From: Treponemataceae bacterium
GTDB taxonomy: Bacteria; Spirochaetota; Spirochaetia; Treponematales; Rectinemataceae
NCBI GenBank assembly: GCA_963678065.2
Contig: CAXXVZ010000004.1
Span: forward strand, 96,001 to 160,000
DNA length: 64,000 nt
Reading direction: 5' to 3'
The notes below the pieces were generated by a model that had not been told where the DNA came from, made no database searches, and saw only the letters and a list, made by a program, of their open reading frames with translations. Of this stretch, positions 55,077 through 64,000 are shown piece by piece; position 1 is the stretch's first letter, and the number at the start of each line of letters is the position of its first letter. The translations under genes were made by a program, and so were the position numbers.

Positions 55077-55961
55077 TCATTCCTTGACTCCCCCCGACGT
55101 GAGACCCTGAACGATGAAGCGCTGCAGGCCGAGGGCAAGCAGGACCGGCGGAACGATGGACAGAACTCCGGCGGTGATGATGCGAGTGTACTTTACGTCG
55201 ACGTCGGTCACGAACATGGAGGCGACTACGGTGTTGGTGTACGAGGCCTCTGAGCTGCTCAGTATGAGGGCGTAGAAGAATTCCCCCCAGGTGATCATGA
55301 AAGTAACGATCGCGGCCGAGGCCAGCCCCGGCGCCGCGAGGGGAAGGATGATACGGTTCACTACCTGGAATCTGTTGCACCCGTCGATGCGCGCGGCGTC
55401 CTCGAGGTCCATCGGTATCGACAGGAAGTACGATCGCATGAGCCAAACGGCGTAGGGCAGCGTGAAGAAGAGGTCGGCTACGATGATCGCCCCAAGGCTA
55501 TTCAACATGCCCACGGCCTGGACCATGAGATAGAACGGCACAGCGATCGCCAATGAAGGGATCAACCGCGCCCCGAGGAAGGAAAAAAGAAGGACGGAGC
55601 GACCGCGAAACTTGAGTCGCGCGAGAGAATATGCGGCGTAGGAACCGATGGCCACCGAGAGGAAGGCGACGGAAAAGGCGACGATGGTGCTGTTGAGCAG
55701 CGAGCGCAGAAATATGCGCGACTGGTAGGGAACCCCATGTTGCCGCTCCTTCAAGAGGGCCCCACTGAAGATTTCGGCATATGCGGAGAAATCTGCCTCA
55801 CGCATATCGAGTGTCGGGCGGACGCTCAATAGATTGCGCTCCGGCTGGAAGCTGGCCCAGACCAGCCACAAGATCGGCCCGAGTATGACCAGGAGCAGGA
55901 GGGCAGTCGCGATGCCGATTCCGCAGGACCCGAACAGTTTTCGTACGGTTCTCACCCTCAT
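55077..55961 (-). CDS. Carbohydrate ABC transporter permease
   Basis: LEDAARIDG, TWGEFFYA. Confidence 0.9.
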   Translation of the reverse strand: MRVRTVRKLFGSCGIGIATALLLLVILGPILWLVWASFQPERNLLSVRPTLDMREADFSAYAEIFSGALLKERQHGVPYQSRIFLRSLLNSTIVAFSVAFLSVAIGSYAAYSLARLKFRGRSVLLFSFLGARLIPSLAIAVPFYLMVQAVGMLNSLGAIIVADLFFTLPYAVWLMRSYFLSIPMDLEDAARIDGCNRFQVVNRIILPLAAPGLASAAIVTFMITWGEFFYALILSSSEASYTNTVVASMFVTDVDVKYTRIITAGVLSIVPPVLLALGLQRFIVQGLTSGGVKE

Positions 55962-55962
55962 G

Positions 55963-56871
55963 CTAGACCTCTTGTCCCTTTCCCATGGCCTTGAAGAAAA
56001 AAAACGACAGGCCCAGGGTCAGGAGCGCCATGATGATCGCCAAGGCGCTGCCCTGGCCGAAATCGAGCTGCTGGAACGTCGTTGAGTAGATCTTCCACCC
56101 GAGCACAGTCGTCGAGTCGCCGGGACCTCCGCCTGTCAAGACGTAGATGATGTCGAAAGTCTTGAGGGCCGATACTGTCTCGAATATGAGCAAGACGACG
56201 AGCACGGGCCGTACTCCGGGGACGGTCACCGAGAAGAGGCGTCGGAGCATGCCGGCTCCATCGACCTCTGCGGCCTCGTACAGGCTTTTTGGTATAGTCT
56301 GCAGCCCCGCGAGGACAAGGAGAGAAGCCAGGGGAATCTGCGCCCACACGTAGGCGACGATTACCCACACGAAGGCCGAAGGCATCCTCGTGAGCCACGC
56401 TTGATAGGAATCGATGAGCCCGAGCCTTAGAGCAATACCATTGAGCACTCCATACTTCGGGTCGAGCATCCACTTCCATATTAGCCCATTCACGACCGGA
56501 GGGACTGCCCAGGGGATCAGTATCACCGCTCGCAAGACTCCTCTCAGGGCGAATCGGTGGTTCAGCAAAAGCGCAACGAAAAAACCGATGAAGATCACCA
56601 AGAGGACCGAGACACAGGCAAAAACGCCCGTCGTCCTGAGCGAGTTCCAGAATTCGGACGATCCCAATATCTTGAGATAATTCCCCAGACCTACAAAAGG
56701 ATGCGTCGGGATCGTCAACGTATACCGATGGAAACTCATCGCGATCGCGTACCCGAAGGGGAACACAATCGTGACCACCATGATCAGCAGGGAGGGAGCC
56801 GAAAAGAGGAATGCCGCCCTGCCGCTCCCCCTCTCGGGCAGACCGGCAGGGCGTCGGGCCTGATCGTTCAT
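55963..56871 (-). CDS. Carbohydrate ABC transporter permease
   Basis: LYEAAEVDGA, LTGGGPG. Confidence 0.9.
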   Translation of the reverse strand: MNDQARRPAGLPERGSGRAAFLFSAPSLLIMVVTIVFPFGYAIAMSFHRYTLTIPTHPFVGLGNYLKILGSSEFWNSLRTTGVFACVSVLLVIFIGFFVALLLNHRFALRGVLRAVILIPWAVPPVVNGLIWKWMLDPKYGVLNGIALRLGLIDSYQAWLTRMPSAFVWVIVAYVWAQIPLASLLVLAGLQTIPKSLYEAAEVDGAGMLRRLFSVTVPGVRPVLVVLLIFETVSALKTFDIIYVLTGGGPGDSTTVLGWKIYSTTFQQLDFGQGSALAIIMALLTLGLSFFFFKAMGKGQEV

Positions 56872-58160
56872 TTCTTATACTGGTCCTTGAGGCTCTTCCA
56901 GCTCTTCGCGAGCGTGCCCAGAGAGGCCTGCATATCCTTCTTCGAGTCCGAGATTATGGAATGCAACGCGCCCTGCGCCTCAGTATTCCAGGTCTGGAAC
57001 CAGGGCGTGAAGCGGTACGGCCTGTCGACGGCATACTTTGCCTGCTCCTGTTTGACGTCCAGGTTTATCCAGCTTCCGAATGATTTGACGATATCAGGGT
57101 CTTTGTAGATCGAGTTATACACGAAACCGAGGCCGAAGTCGGTCGCCCACCTGACGGGCACGAAGTACCTGCCGGACGCGTCCTTCCCCCCGAGGAATTG
57201 GAGCAGCTTCCAGGCAGCGTCCTTGTTGGGAGACGTCGCCGAGATGGCGTAGAACCGGACAGAATTTATCGTGCCGCTCTTGACCGCCGCATTCCCGGGG
57301 ATGAGGCAATTGGTTATGCTTCCGGCTTGCGCGGATTTCTCGGGGTCGTTCATTGTCTTGATATTGTAATCTGTCCCGATAGAGAAGGTAGAGGTGCCCG
57401 CGCTCATGCTCGCCACGACGTTGTGGTCGTCGAAGCTCAACGATGCCGGATCGATCAGGCCCTCTTCCAGGCCCGCACGGAGCCAACGAACGGCAGTCTG
57501 GAAGGCGCACTTCGGATCGGTGAACTGCGGCTCGTTCGCGTCGTCGATAACCTTGCCGCCCATGGCGATGGTGAGGAGCTCGAGGGTCTCTATGACGTAC
57601 TGACCCTTTTTCAGCATAAAGACAATCGGGTATTCGACGATCTTCTTGTTCTTGATCTTCCTGGCAGCGTCCAACAGCTCATCCCAGGTAACCGGCGGCC
57701 TGGCGATCCCGGCCGCCTTCAAGTGGCTATTGTTGTAGGACATCGCTTGGATGCCCATGTAATAGGGCAGCCCATACAGATGGCCCTTATAGGACATCTG
57801 CGCGACGATGGAGGCGGGAAGATCGGCAACGTAGTCCTTGATCCCCGGCATCGCGTCGATCGGGACGATCCACTTGGCCTCCGCCCACTGGGCGAACGAT
57901 TCGCTGCGCACGTACGCCACGTCGATCCTTGTCTTGCCGACAAAGGAAATCGCCATCTTGTCCGCATAGCTGTCGCTTGGCAGGGGATTGAAGGTAGCCG
58001 TCAAGCCAGGATTCTGCGAGGCGAAACGCTGCAAGTTGGCCGCGACGGTATCGACCTCGTAGGGCCAACCGACGAGATTGAGGTTCGTCTGGGCCATCAC
58101 GCTGGGCGCTAGTCCCAGAAGAAACAACAGAGGCAGGAGACACCGGAAAGATTTCATCAT
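56868..58160 (-). CDS. Carbohydrate ABC transporter solute-binding protein
   Basis: Signal peptide; YKGHLYGLPY, PPVTWDEL, AAWKLLQFL. Confidence 0.88.
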   Translation of the reverse strand: MMKSFRCLLPLLFLLGLAPSVMAQTNLNLVGWPYEVDTVAANLQRFASQNPGLTATFNPLPSDSYADKMAISFVGKTRIDVAYVRSESFAQWAEAKWIVPIDAMPGIKDYVADLPASIVAQMSYKGHLYGLPYYMGIQAMSYNNSHLKAAGIARPPVTWDELLDAARKIKNKKIVEYPIVFMLKKGQYVIETLELLTIAMGGKVIDDANEPQFTDPKCAFQTAVRWLRAGLEEGLIDPASLSFDDHNVVASMSAGTSTFSIGTDYNIKTMNDPEKSAQAGSITNCLIPGNAAVKSGTINSVRFYAISATSPNKDAAWKLLQFLGGKDASGRYFVPVRWATDFGLGFVYNSIYKDPDIVKSFGSWINLDVKQEQAKYAVDRPYRFTPWFQTWNTEAQGALHSIISDSKKDMQASLGTLAKSWKSLKDQYKK

Positions 58161-58372
58161 TCATCCTCCCTTTTCGCCGGCGCTTCGACGCCGACGCTTA
58201 TAGTACTTGGGAGCAGTCTACAGTCCGTTTATTAGGCTGTCAATCTTTTTTTTGATAACAAAAATTTTGTTGTGCTTCTTTCTTCTCTATGATACCATAC
58301 TCCCAGTGGATGACCGACCATCGGAGCAGGGCATGGCCCCTCGCGCGAGTCACATCCCCGAATGGAGCATCT

Positions 58373-58831
58373 ATGAGCGACGTATACGAACGTATCACGG
58401 CCCAGGGCCTGACCCTCCCCCCCTGCCCGCCTTTGGCTGGCTTATATGTTCCCGTCAAACAAGTAGGGAACCTGTTATACATCTCTGGTCAAGGCTGCAC
58501 CAAGGACGGACTCCCGGTCTACAGCGGCAAGGTCGGGGCGGAGCAGGATATCGCGGGAGGACAGGCCGCGGCGCGTCTGTGCGTTGTAAACGCGCTCAGT
58601 GTCCTGCACCAGTACCTCGGCGATCTGAACAAGATAAAGAACATCGTCAAGCTCCTCGGCTTCGTTTCGAGCGCCTCGGGTTTCGGTTCGCAGCCCCAGG
58701 TCATGAACGGCGCCTCGCAGCTCCTCATCGACATTTTCGGAGAGCGCGGTAAGCACGCGCGGTCCGCAATTGGATCGAACGAACTGCCCTCGAACATCAC
58801 GCTCGAGATCGAAATGATCGTGGAGATCTAG
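58373..58831 (+). CDS. RidA/YjgF family imine deaminase (Rid1-like)
   Basis: YISGQ, NGASQL, HARSAIG, LEIE; catalytic Arg present. Confidence 0.9.
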   Translation: MSDVYERITAQGLTLPPCPPLAGLYVPVKQVGNLLYISGQGCTKDGLPVYSGKVGAEQDIAGGQAAARLCVVNALSVLHQYLGDLNKIKNIVKLLGFVSSASGFGSQPQVMNGASQLLIDIFGERGKHARSAIGSNELPSNITLEIEMIVEI

Positions 58832-58886
58832 TGTCCGCGAGGCGACCCCGCAGATGCGAGACTACGCCCACCCCTAAGGCCATCGA

Positions 58887-59987
58887 TCAGGCCGTGGCCT
58901 CGATCGCGCGGATCACGGCCTGCACCTCGTCCTCTTCCAGGCATTGGGGATTGATCGCGATTTCGTCGCCCGACAGGCCGGTGCAGATTGAGGGATCGCC
59001 GTCGATCAGTCTCTGCTGGAGGGTGACCGCACTCATGCGCGTGGGCCGCACATAGGCTCGCAGGAGGTCGGCAGGCTGGACCCCCGGCTCTGCGGGCTTG
59101 CCCTCCCTCGCCTCGACCCCTGGGCAATCGCGGAGGCTGGAGACGATTCGATGCACCATTTCCTCCCACAGGTAGACCTGCTTGCCATAGTCCTTGGCGG
59201 CGAAAAGCTCCACCGCCTTCACGATGCCTGCGATAGACTCCTTGTCGATCTTCATCGGGCGCCCGATGCTATGGTTCGGGCAGCAATTCGCGTCACAGGC
59301 CGCGATCAGGTCCTTTCGCCCGAGGATGAGCCCCGACGATTGAGGGCCGCGCAACTCCTTTCCGCCGCTGAAGATGGCCAAGTCAGCGCCTTTCCTCAGA
59401 TATTTGTGGATATTCTCTTTCGGGGGAATCTCGGCGGCCGCGTCCACGACTGTCGGTATGCCACGCCGCTTCAACATCGGCGTAAGGACCGCGAGATCGA
59501 GGGATCCGCGCATCGCCTCTGCCTCGGCCGCGTAAAAGAACAGAGCCGTCCGCTCGGAGATCGCAGCCTCGACCTGCTCGGGGCAGGCGAAGGAGGTGGC
59601 ACCTACCTCCACGATCTTGGCGCCCGATAGGAGGAGAGCCTGGTCATATAAAGTCCTGTGACACTTCAACACGATCGCCTCGTCGGGCATGCCTCGAGTG
59701 TCAGGCAGCTGGAGCCGCTTGACGATATCGCCGCGGGACATGCACGCCGCGGCGGAAATGGCGATACCGGCCGCGGCCCCGCTGGTCACGCAGCAGGCCT
59801 CCACGCCGAGCAGACTCGCGATCCGCACGCCGGCGGCCGCGTGGAGAGCGGCGATATCCACATAGTTGCGGGCGGCCTCATTCATGGCCTGCAGGACTGC
59901 AGGCGCCATCGTGGATCCTCCGATCTTCGTGATGGTCCCCCAGCCGTTGATGACCGACCTGACCCCTAGCTCAGAGTATATTCCCAT
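58887..59987 (-). CDS. SelA-like PLP-dependent enzyme (DgaE-like ammonia-lyase family)
   Basis: VINGWGTITKIGGS, TSGAAAGI, VVDAAAE, FSGGKELRGPQSSG, IGRPMKIDKE; 366 aa, too short for true SelA. Confidence 0.82.
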   Translation of the reverse strand: MGIYSELGVRSVINGWGTITKIGGSTMAPAVLQAMNEAARNYVDIAALHAAAGVRIASLLGVEACCVTSGAAAGIAISAAACMSRGDIVKRLQLPDTRGMPDEAIVLKCHRTLYDQALLLSGAKIVEVGATSFACPEQVEAAISERTALFFYAAEAEAMRGSLDLAVLTPMLKRRGIPTVVDAAAEIPPKENIHKYLRKGADLAIFSGGKELRGPQSSGLILGRKDLIAACDANCCPNHSIGRPMKIDKESIAGIVKAVELFAAKDYGKQVYLWEEMVHRIVSSLRDCPGVEAREGKPAEPGVQPADLLRAYVRPTRMSAVTLQQRLIDGDPSICTGLSGDEIAINPQCLEEDEVQAVIRAIEATA

Positions 59988-60081
59988 TTCAGCCTCCAGG
60001 AGGCACAGCCTCCAAGTGATCTAAATTATTTTTTGTACTGAACAATTTTTTTCTTATATCATAAACATGACATCGCGTCAA

Positions 60082-60210
60082 ATGATAAACGCAGATTCCG
60101 CTAGTCAGCTCGCAGGGTACGTCAGCGCTTCACAGTTCAGCAGGGAATACGGCCGGTTCTTTGGAAGTACACCGATCAAGGACACAGCTAAACTGCGTGA
60201 GCGACCTGGC
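60082..60210 (+). pseudogene. C-terminal remnant of an AraC-family regulator
   Basis: ASQLAGYVSASQFSREYGRFFGSTPIKDTAKLR is the second AraC HTH signature, with no upstream domain. Confidence 0.65.
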
Positions 60211-60299
60211 GTGGTTCGTGCCGAATACCATATCGGGAGTATGCCGTAGAGTTCATAAATCCCTCCGTCTCCCTGCACACTGTCTACTACCGGGAACAC

Positions 60300-61193
60300 A
60301 TGACGCAGCAGGAGATAGCGAACAAACTGGCGATATCGCGCCAATCGGTGGGGCGCGTTCTCAAAAAGGCGGAGGACGAAGGAATTGTCACGATCGCCAT
60401 CAATTCGCCTCTCCTCCGGTGCATAGACGGCAGCGAGGCCGAGCTCGAGCGGCGATTCGGCCTCAAGGAGGCCGTAGTCGTGTCACCGATGGATACCTCT
60501 GACGAGGCCGTGAAATCCGCAATCGGAGAGGCGGCCGCGAATCTCATCTCGCAGCGGGTTACCGAGAAATCGACCATTGCGGTCTCATGGAGCAGCACGG
60601 TCTACAAATGCGCAAAGGCCCTGCCCGATAACCGGAGTCTCGGGGTATCAGCCGTCATGCTGAACGGCAGTCTCGACCGCACGGACATACCGACAGGCGG
60701 CGAGCGGATCATAAAGGCTTTTGCCGCGTCATTCGGCGGCCAGTCTTTCATCATGCCAGCCCCTATGATCGTCGACTCGCCCGAGATAAAAATCAGCCTC
60801 CTCTCCGATTCGCGGTTCTTTTCTATTTACGACGCAGCCTGCAAGGCGGAGTATTGCGTCTTCGGCGTCGGAGAAATTTCGGAGCGCTCTTCCCTGTACC
60901 AGACCGGATACGTGAGCGAGGAGCTTCTGGCGCAGCTGCGGGCGGCCGGCGCAGTCGGAGAAATTTGCGGAAAATTCTACGACAGGGACGGAAATATCTG
61001 TATTCCGTTTCTCGATGACTCGACCATCGCGGTGCCGCTCGAGTCGCTCCGCCAGCGCAGGCTGTCGATAGCCCTCGCCGGAGGGGTCGACAAGATTCAG
61101 GCAATACGGGGAATGCTCCGCGGCGGATACTGCAGTGTCCTCGTCACGACAGAGGAAACGGCGCGAGCTCTTCTCGACACGACTGACAAATAA
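60300..61193 (+). CDS. SorC/DeoR-type sugar-binding transcriptional regulator
   Basis: TQQEIANKLAISRQSVGRVL HTH, ELERRFGLKEAVV, GAVGEICGKFYD, LAGG..K, LVT. Confidence 0.85.
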   Translation: MTQQEIANKLAISRQSVGRVLKKAEDEGIVTIAINSPLLRCIDGSEAELERRFGLKEAVVVSPMDTSDEAVKSAIGEAAANLISQRVTEKSTIAVSWSSTVYKCAKALPDNRSLGVSAVMLNGSLDRTDIPTGGERIIKAFAASFGGQSFIMPAPMIVDSPEIKISLLSDSRFFSIYDAACKAEYCVFGVGEISERSSLYQTGYVSEELLAQLRAAGAVGEICGKFYDRDGNICIPFLDDSTIAVPLESLRQRRLSIALAGGVDKIQAIRGMLRGGYCSVLVTTEETARALLDTTDK

Positions 61194-61204
61194 GGAAAAT
61201 ACCG

Positions 61205-62080
61205 ATGCGGCGGCACAGTGATTTCGGGAAAGCGATGCTCTACATCAGCCCTTCTCTCCTGGTCTTCGCTGTATTCATCTTCTTCCCGCTTCTGTTTTCG
61301 GGAGTTTTGAGCTTCACGAAATGGGACTTGATCTCCTCCGAGCGCCCTTTCGCCGGCCTCGCGAACTATGTCCGGCTTTCCGAAGACCCGGTCTTCCTGA
61401 AAGCCCTTGCGAATACGGCCATTTTCTCTGTCGTCGTCGTTGCCGCAGCTGGCGTCATCGGACTCCTCCTCGCGCTCGTACTCGATAAACCCCTTCCCGG
61501 GAGGACAGTTTTCCGCGCGGGAATCTTCTCGCCCTATCTGACGAGCACGGCCGCGATGGCCCTCGTCTGGCTCTGGATTTTTGACCCGCAGTACGGACTC
61601 ATCAACAGCGTCCTCGCCGGCATCGGCCTCGTGGGACCGGGCTGGATAGCCTCGGTCAACTGGGCGCTGCCCGCCCTCATGATCATGACCGTATGGCGTT
61701 TCATGGGATACGACATGCTTCTGTTCCTGGGAGGGCTTCAGAGTGTGCCGCGGGAACTGAAGGAAGCGGCCCTCATCGACGGCGCGAGCGCCACGCGGAT
61801 TTTCTTCAGGATTACCCTGCCCCTCATTTCGCCTGTGACACTCTTCGTCGTCGTGACAACTTTCATCACGATGTTCCAGAACTTTGAGACTGTCGCGGTC
61901 ATGACGCAGGGCGGGCCGGTCAACTCCACGAACATGCTGGTCTTCAACCTCTACCAGAACGCCTTCCAGTTCTTCGAAGCCGGCTACGCCTCCGCGATTG
62001 CGGTTGTCCTCTTTGTCATCGTCGCCGCCGCGACGGGAATCCAGATGTGGGCATCGAAGAGATGGGTGCATTACTCATAA
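61205..62080 (+). CDS. ABC permease (UgpA-like)
   Basis: LKEAALIDGA, MTQGGP. Confidence 0.88.
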   Translation: MRRHSDFGKAMLYISPSLLVFAVFIFFPLLFSGVLSFTKWDLISSERPFAGLANYVRLSEDPVFLKALANTAIFSVVVVAAAGVIGLLLALVLDKPLPGRTVFRAGIFSPYLTSTAAMALVWLWIFDPQYGLINSVLAGIGLVGPGWIASVNWALPALMIMTVWRFMGYDMLLFLGGLQSVPRELKEAALIDGASATRIFFRITLPLISPVTLFVVVTTFITMFQNFETVAVMTQGGPVNSTNMLVFNLYQNAFQFFEAGYASAIAVVLFVIVAAATGIQMWASKRWVHYS

Positions 62081-62099
62081 CACGAGGAACGGAGAGTAT

Positions 62100-62849
62100 A
62101 TGAACGGAACGGTATTCGGACACAGGGGAGCCGCATTCGAGGCGCCGGAGAATACGATGGCCGGATTCAGGCACGCGATCGGCGAAGGCGTCACAGCCTT
62201 CGAACTCGACGTCCACCTGACGCGCGATGGAGAGCTCGCGGTGATCCACGACGAATCACTTGTGCGGACCACGGACCTCGACGGCCTCGTCGGCGATTTC
62301 GACTCAAGTACCCTCCGCCGCATGGACGCCTCCAAAGGAATCAAAGCCTGGCATGGCGAGGGCGATGTCGGGATTCCCGGGCTGATCGAGGTGGTCTCGT
62401 CGTTCAGGGATTCGATCCGCGAGTGGCAGATCGAGATAAAGACCGACAGGCCGGCCAGGCTCGGCCGGGTCTGCGACCTTCTGGTTTCCATCATGGCCGC
62501 ACAGGGCATCACCGGAAAAACGGTAGTCACTTCCTGGGACCCTGTCGCCCTCGAAATCATGCTCGAACGCTACCCCTCGATCCGGCGGGGTTTCATCGGC
62601 TGGTATAAAACCGATGCCGATCTCGAGACTGCGCGGAGACTTCGCGCGTACAACGCCTGCATCCCGGTCATGACCAGTACGAAATCAATGGCCGACGCCG
62701 CCCACTCATCCGGCATGACGGTTACCGGCTGGCTGGGCGATTCCAGGGAGCAACTCGACGCCCTCATTGGATGGGGTGTCGAAATGATCACGACGAACCT
62801 GCCCGGCTACGCTCTGCCATACCTGAAAACACGGGGATTCTGTCCGTGA
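62100..62849 (+). CDS. Glycerophosphodiester phosphodiesterase
   Basis: GHRG..APENT, FELDVHLTRDG, IHD, IEIK. Confidence 0.9.
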   Translation: MNGTVFGHRGAAFEAPENTMAGFRHAIGEGVTAFELDVHLTRDGELAVIHDESLVRTTDLDGLVGDFDSSTLRRMDASKGIKAWHGEGDVGIPGLIEVVSSFRDSIREWQIEIKTDRPARLGRVCDLLVSIMAAQGITGKTVVTSWDPVALEIMLERYPSIRRGFIGWYKTDADLETARRLRAYNACIPVMTSTKSMADAAHSSGMTVTGWLGDSREQLDALIGWGVEMITTNLPGYALPYLKTRGFCP

Positions 62850-63700
62850 GCTCCGCCGTCGGAGCCCAGAGGCGCGCGCGGAAGATCATCTCGGGAACTG
62901 CGCTCGAAGTTGTCCTCGCAGCCGTATTCGTGCTCTCCGTGATCCCCGTCCTGTGGACCTTCTCGACTTCGCTGAAGCCGCTGGACGAGATTTACGCCTA
63001 TCCACCCAACTGGATTCCCCATCACGCCCAGTGGAGCAACTACGCCAAAGCCTGGGCTGCGGCGCCGTTTGCGCGCTACGCGCTCAACAGCATCGCCGTG
63101 ACCGTATCCATCATCATCCTCCAGACAAGCCTCGCCTCCCTCTCCGCCTATGCGTTCTCGAAGCTCCAGTTCAAGGGACGGGACCTTCTCTTCTTCCTCT
63201 TTCTGGCGACGATGATGGTGCCCACGCAGGTGATCGTCGTGCCGGTCTTCATCATGCTCAGCAAGGCCGGCATGCTGAACAGCTATGCAGCTCTCATCCT
63301 GCCCTTCGCCGCGAGCGCTTTCGGAACCTTCCTCCTGAGGCAGAGTTTTCTGGAGATTCCCAACGATCTGGTGGACGCGGCGCGCATCGACGGAGCCGGC
63401 GACATGTCCATAATCCGCAACGTCATGCTGCCGATGTCGAAACCTTCCTACGTGAGTTTCATACTCCTGACATTCACCTGGCGCTGGAACGATTATTTCT
63501 GGCCTCTCATCATGACGAGTTCCCCGGAGATGCGAACCTTGCCTGTCGGCCTCGTCTTCCTCAGGACCAGCGAGGGCAGCATCGAGTGGAATGTCGTGAT
63601 GGCGGCGTCGGTCTTCGTTATTTTGCCGATCATCCTCCTCTTCCTTTTCTTCCAGCGCTATTTCGTGGAAGGGATCATGAGTTCGGGGCTCAAGGGATGA
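62846..63700 (+). CDS. ABC permease (UgpE-like)
   Basis: LVDAARIDG, WNDYFWP; GTG start overlapping the upstream stop. Confidence 0.88.
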   Translation: MSSAVGAQRRARKIISGTALEVVLAAVFVLSVIPVLWTFSTSLKPLDEIYAYPPNWIPHHAQWSNYAKAWAAAPFARYALNSIAVTVSIIILQTSLASLSAYAFSKLQFKGRDLLFFLFLATMMVPTQVIVVPVFIMLSKAGMLNSYAALILPFAASAFGTFLLRQSFLEIPNDLVDAARIDGAGDMSIIRNVMLPMSKPSYVSFILLTFTWRWNDYFWPLIMTSSPEMRTLPVGLVFLRTSEGSIEWNVVMAASVFVILPIILLFLFFQRYFVEGIMSSGLKG

Positions 63701-63747
63701 CAGTCCTCCGCAGTGGCGGAGGTTATAGACTTACGGGAGGTGCGCAT

Positions 63748-64000
63748 ATGAAGAGAACCGGTATTCTAGTGATCGCCTGCGCGGCGATGGCCATCATGGG
63801 GGCTCAGGCGTCCTTCGCTGCCGGCCCGACGCAGATCGTTTTCTGGGCGGCATTAGGCGGCAATAACGGCAAGTTGCTGGAGGACTCCGTCAACCAGTTC
63901 AACGCCTCCCAGTCAGACACTTTCATAAAATATGAATTCCAGGGCGATTACACGACTGTCGAGCAGAAATTTGCGACCACCCTCGCCGCGGGCGCGGTGC
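63748..64000 (+). CDS. ABC solute-binding protein (UgpB-like), truncated by window end
   Basis: GGGAGG RBS, signal peptide, IVFWAALGG...VNQFNASQ...FQGDY. Confidence 0.8.
   Translation, partial: MKRTGILVIACAAMAIMGAQASFAAGPTQIVFWAALGGNNGKLLEDSVNQFNASQSDTFIKYEFQGDYTTVEQKFATTLAAGAV

Noticed and set aside
58887..59987. Selenocysteine synthase SelA
   Set aside because: Too short, lacks the tRNA-binding N-terminal domain, and no selB/selC/selD nearby; the context is catabolic.

Overview
GC-rich bacterial chromosomal window, most likely from a free-living spirochaete. This is an inference from the fused pyrBI gene, the treponeme-style HTH and integrase N-termini and the many lipoproteins. The backbone carries RNA methyltransferases (RlmB, RlmD-like, Rsm22-like), pyrBI, tdh, MATE and MFS transporters, an HD-GYP response regulator, lysA, two tandem LruC-type lipoproteins, a D-amino-acid/peptide operon with two tandem alanine racemases, a sulfoquinovosidase-ABC-nagA cluster, a SelA-like/amidohydrolase/ABC/RidA catabolic cluster and a ugp-like operon. 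There are three tRNAs (Asp-GTC, Pro-CGG, Leu-TAA). Downstream of tRNA-Pro lies a lower-GC, decayed prophage-like island (about 11.2-22.8 kb). It holds an intact tyrosine integrase, a DinD-like gene, a DNA methyltransferase broken by an IS21 that is itself hit by an IS630, a PLD-nuclease/Zn-ribbon gene, an HNH gene broken by a second IS630, an XRE-S24 repressor and an IS200. The most striking structure is a duplicated 177-bp 3' end of the repressor gene, each copy followed by a different nuclease cargo gene, which looks like a stacked accessory (possibly anti-phage) hotspot. A second, vestigial integration site follows tRNA-Leu, whose leader carries tandem hairpins mimicking its own acceptor stem. 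No CRISPR array or rRNA was seen.
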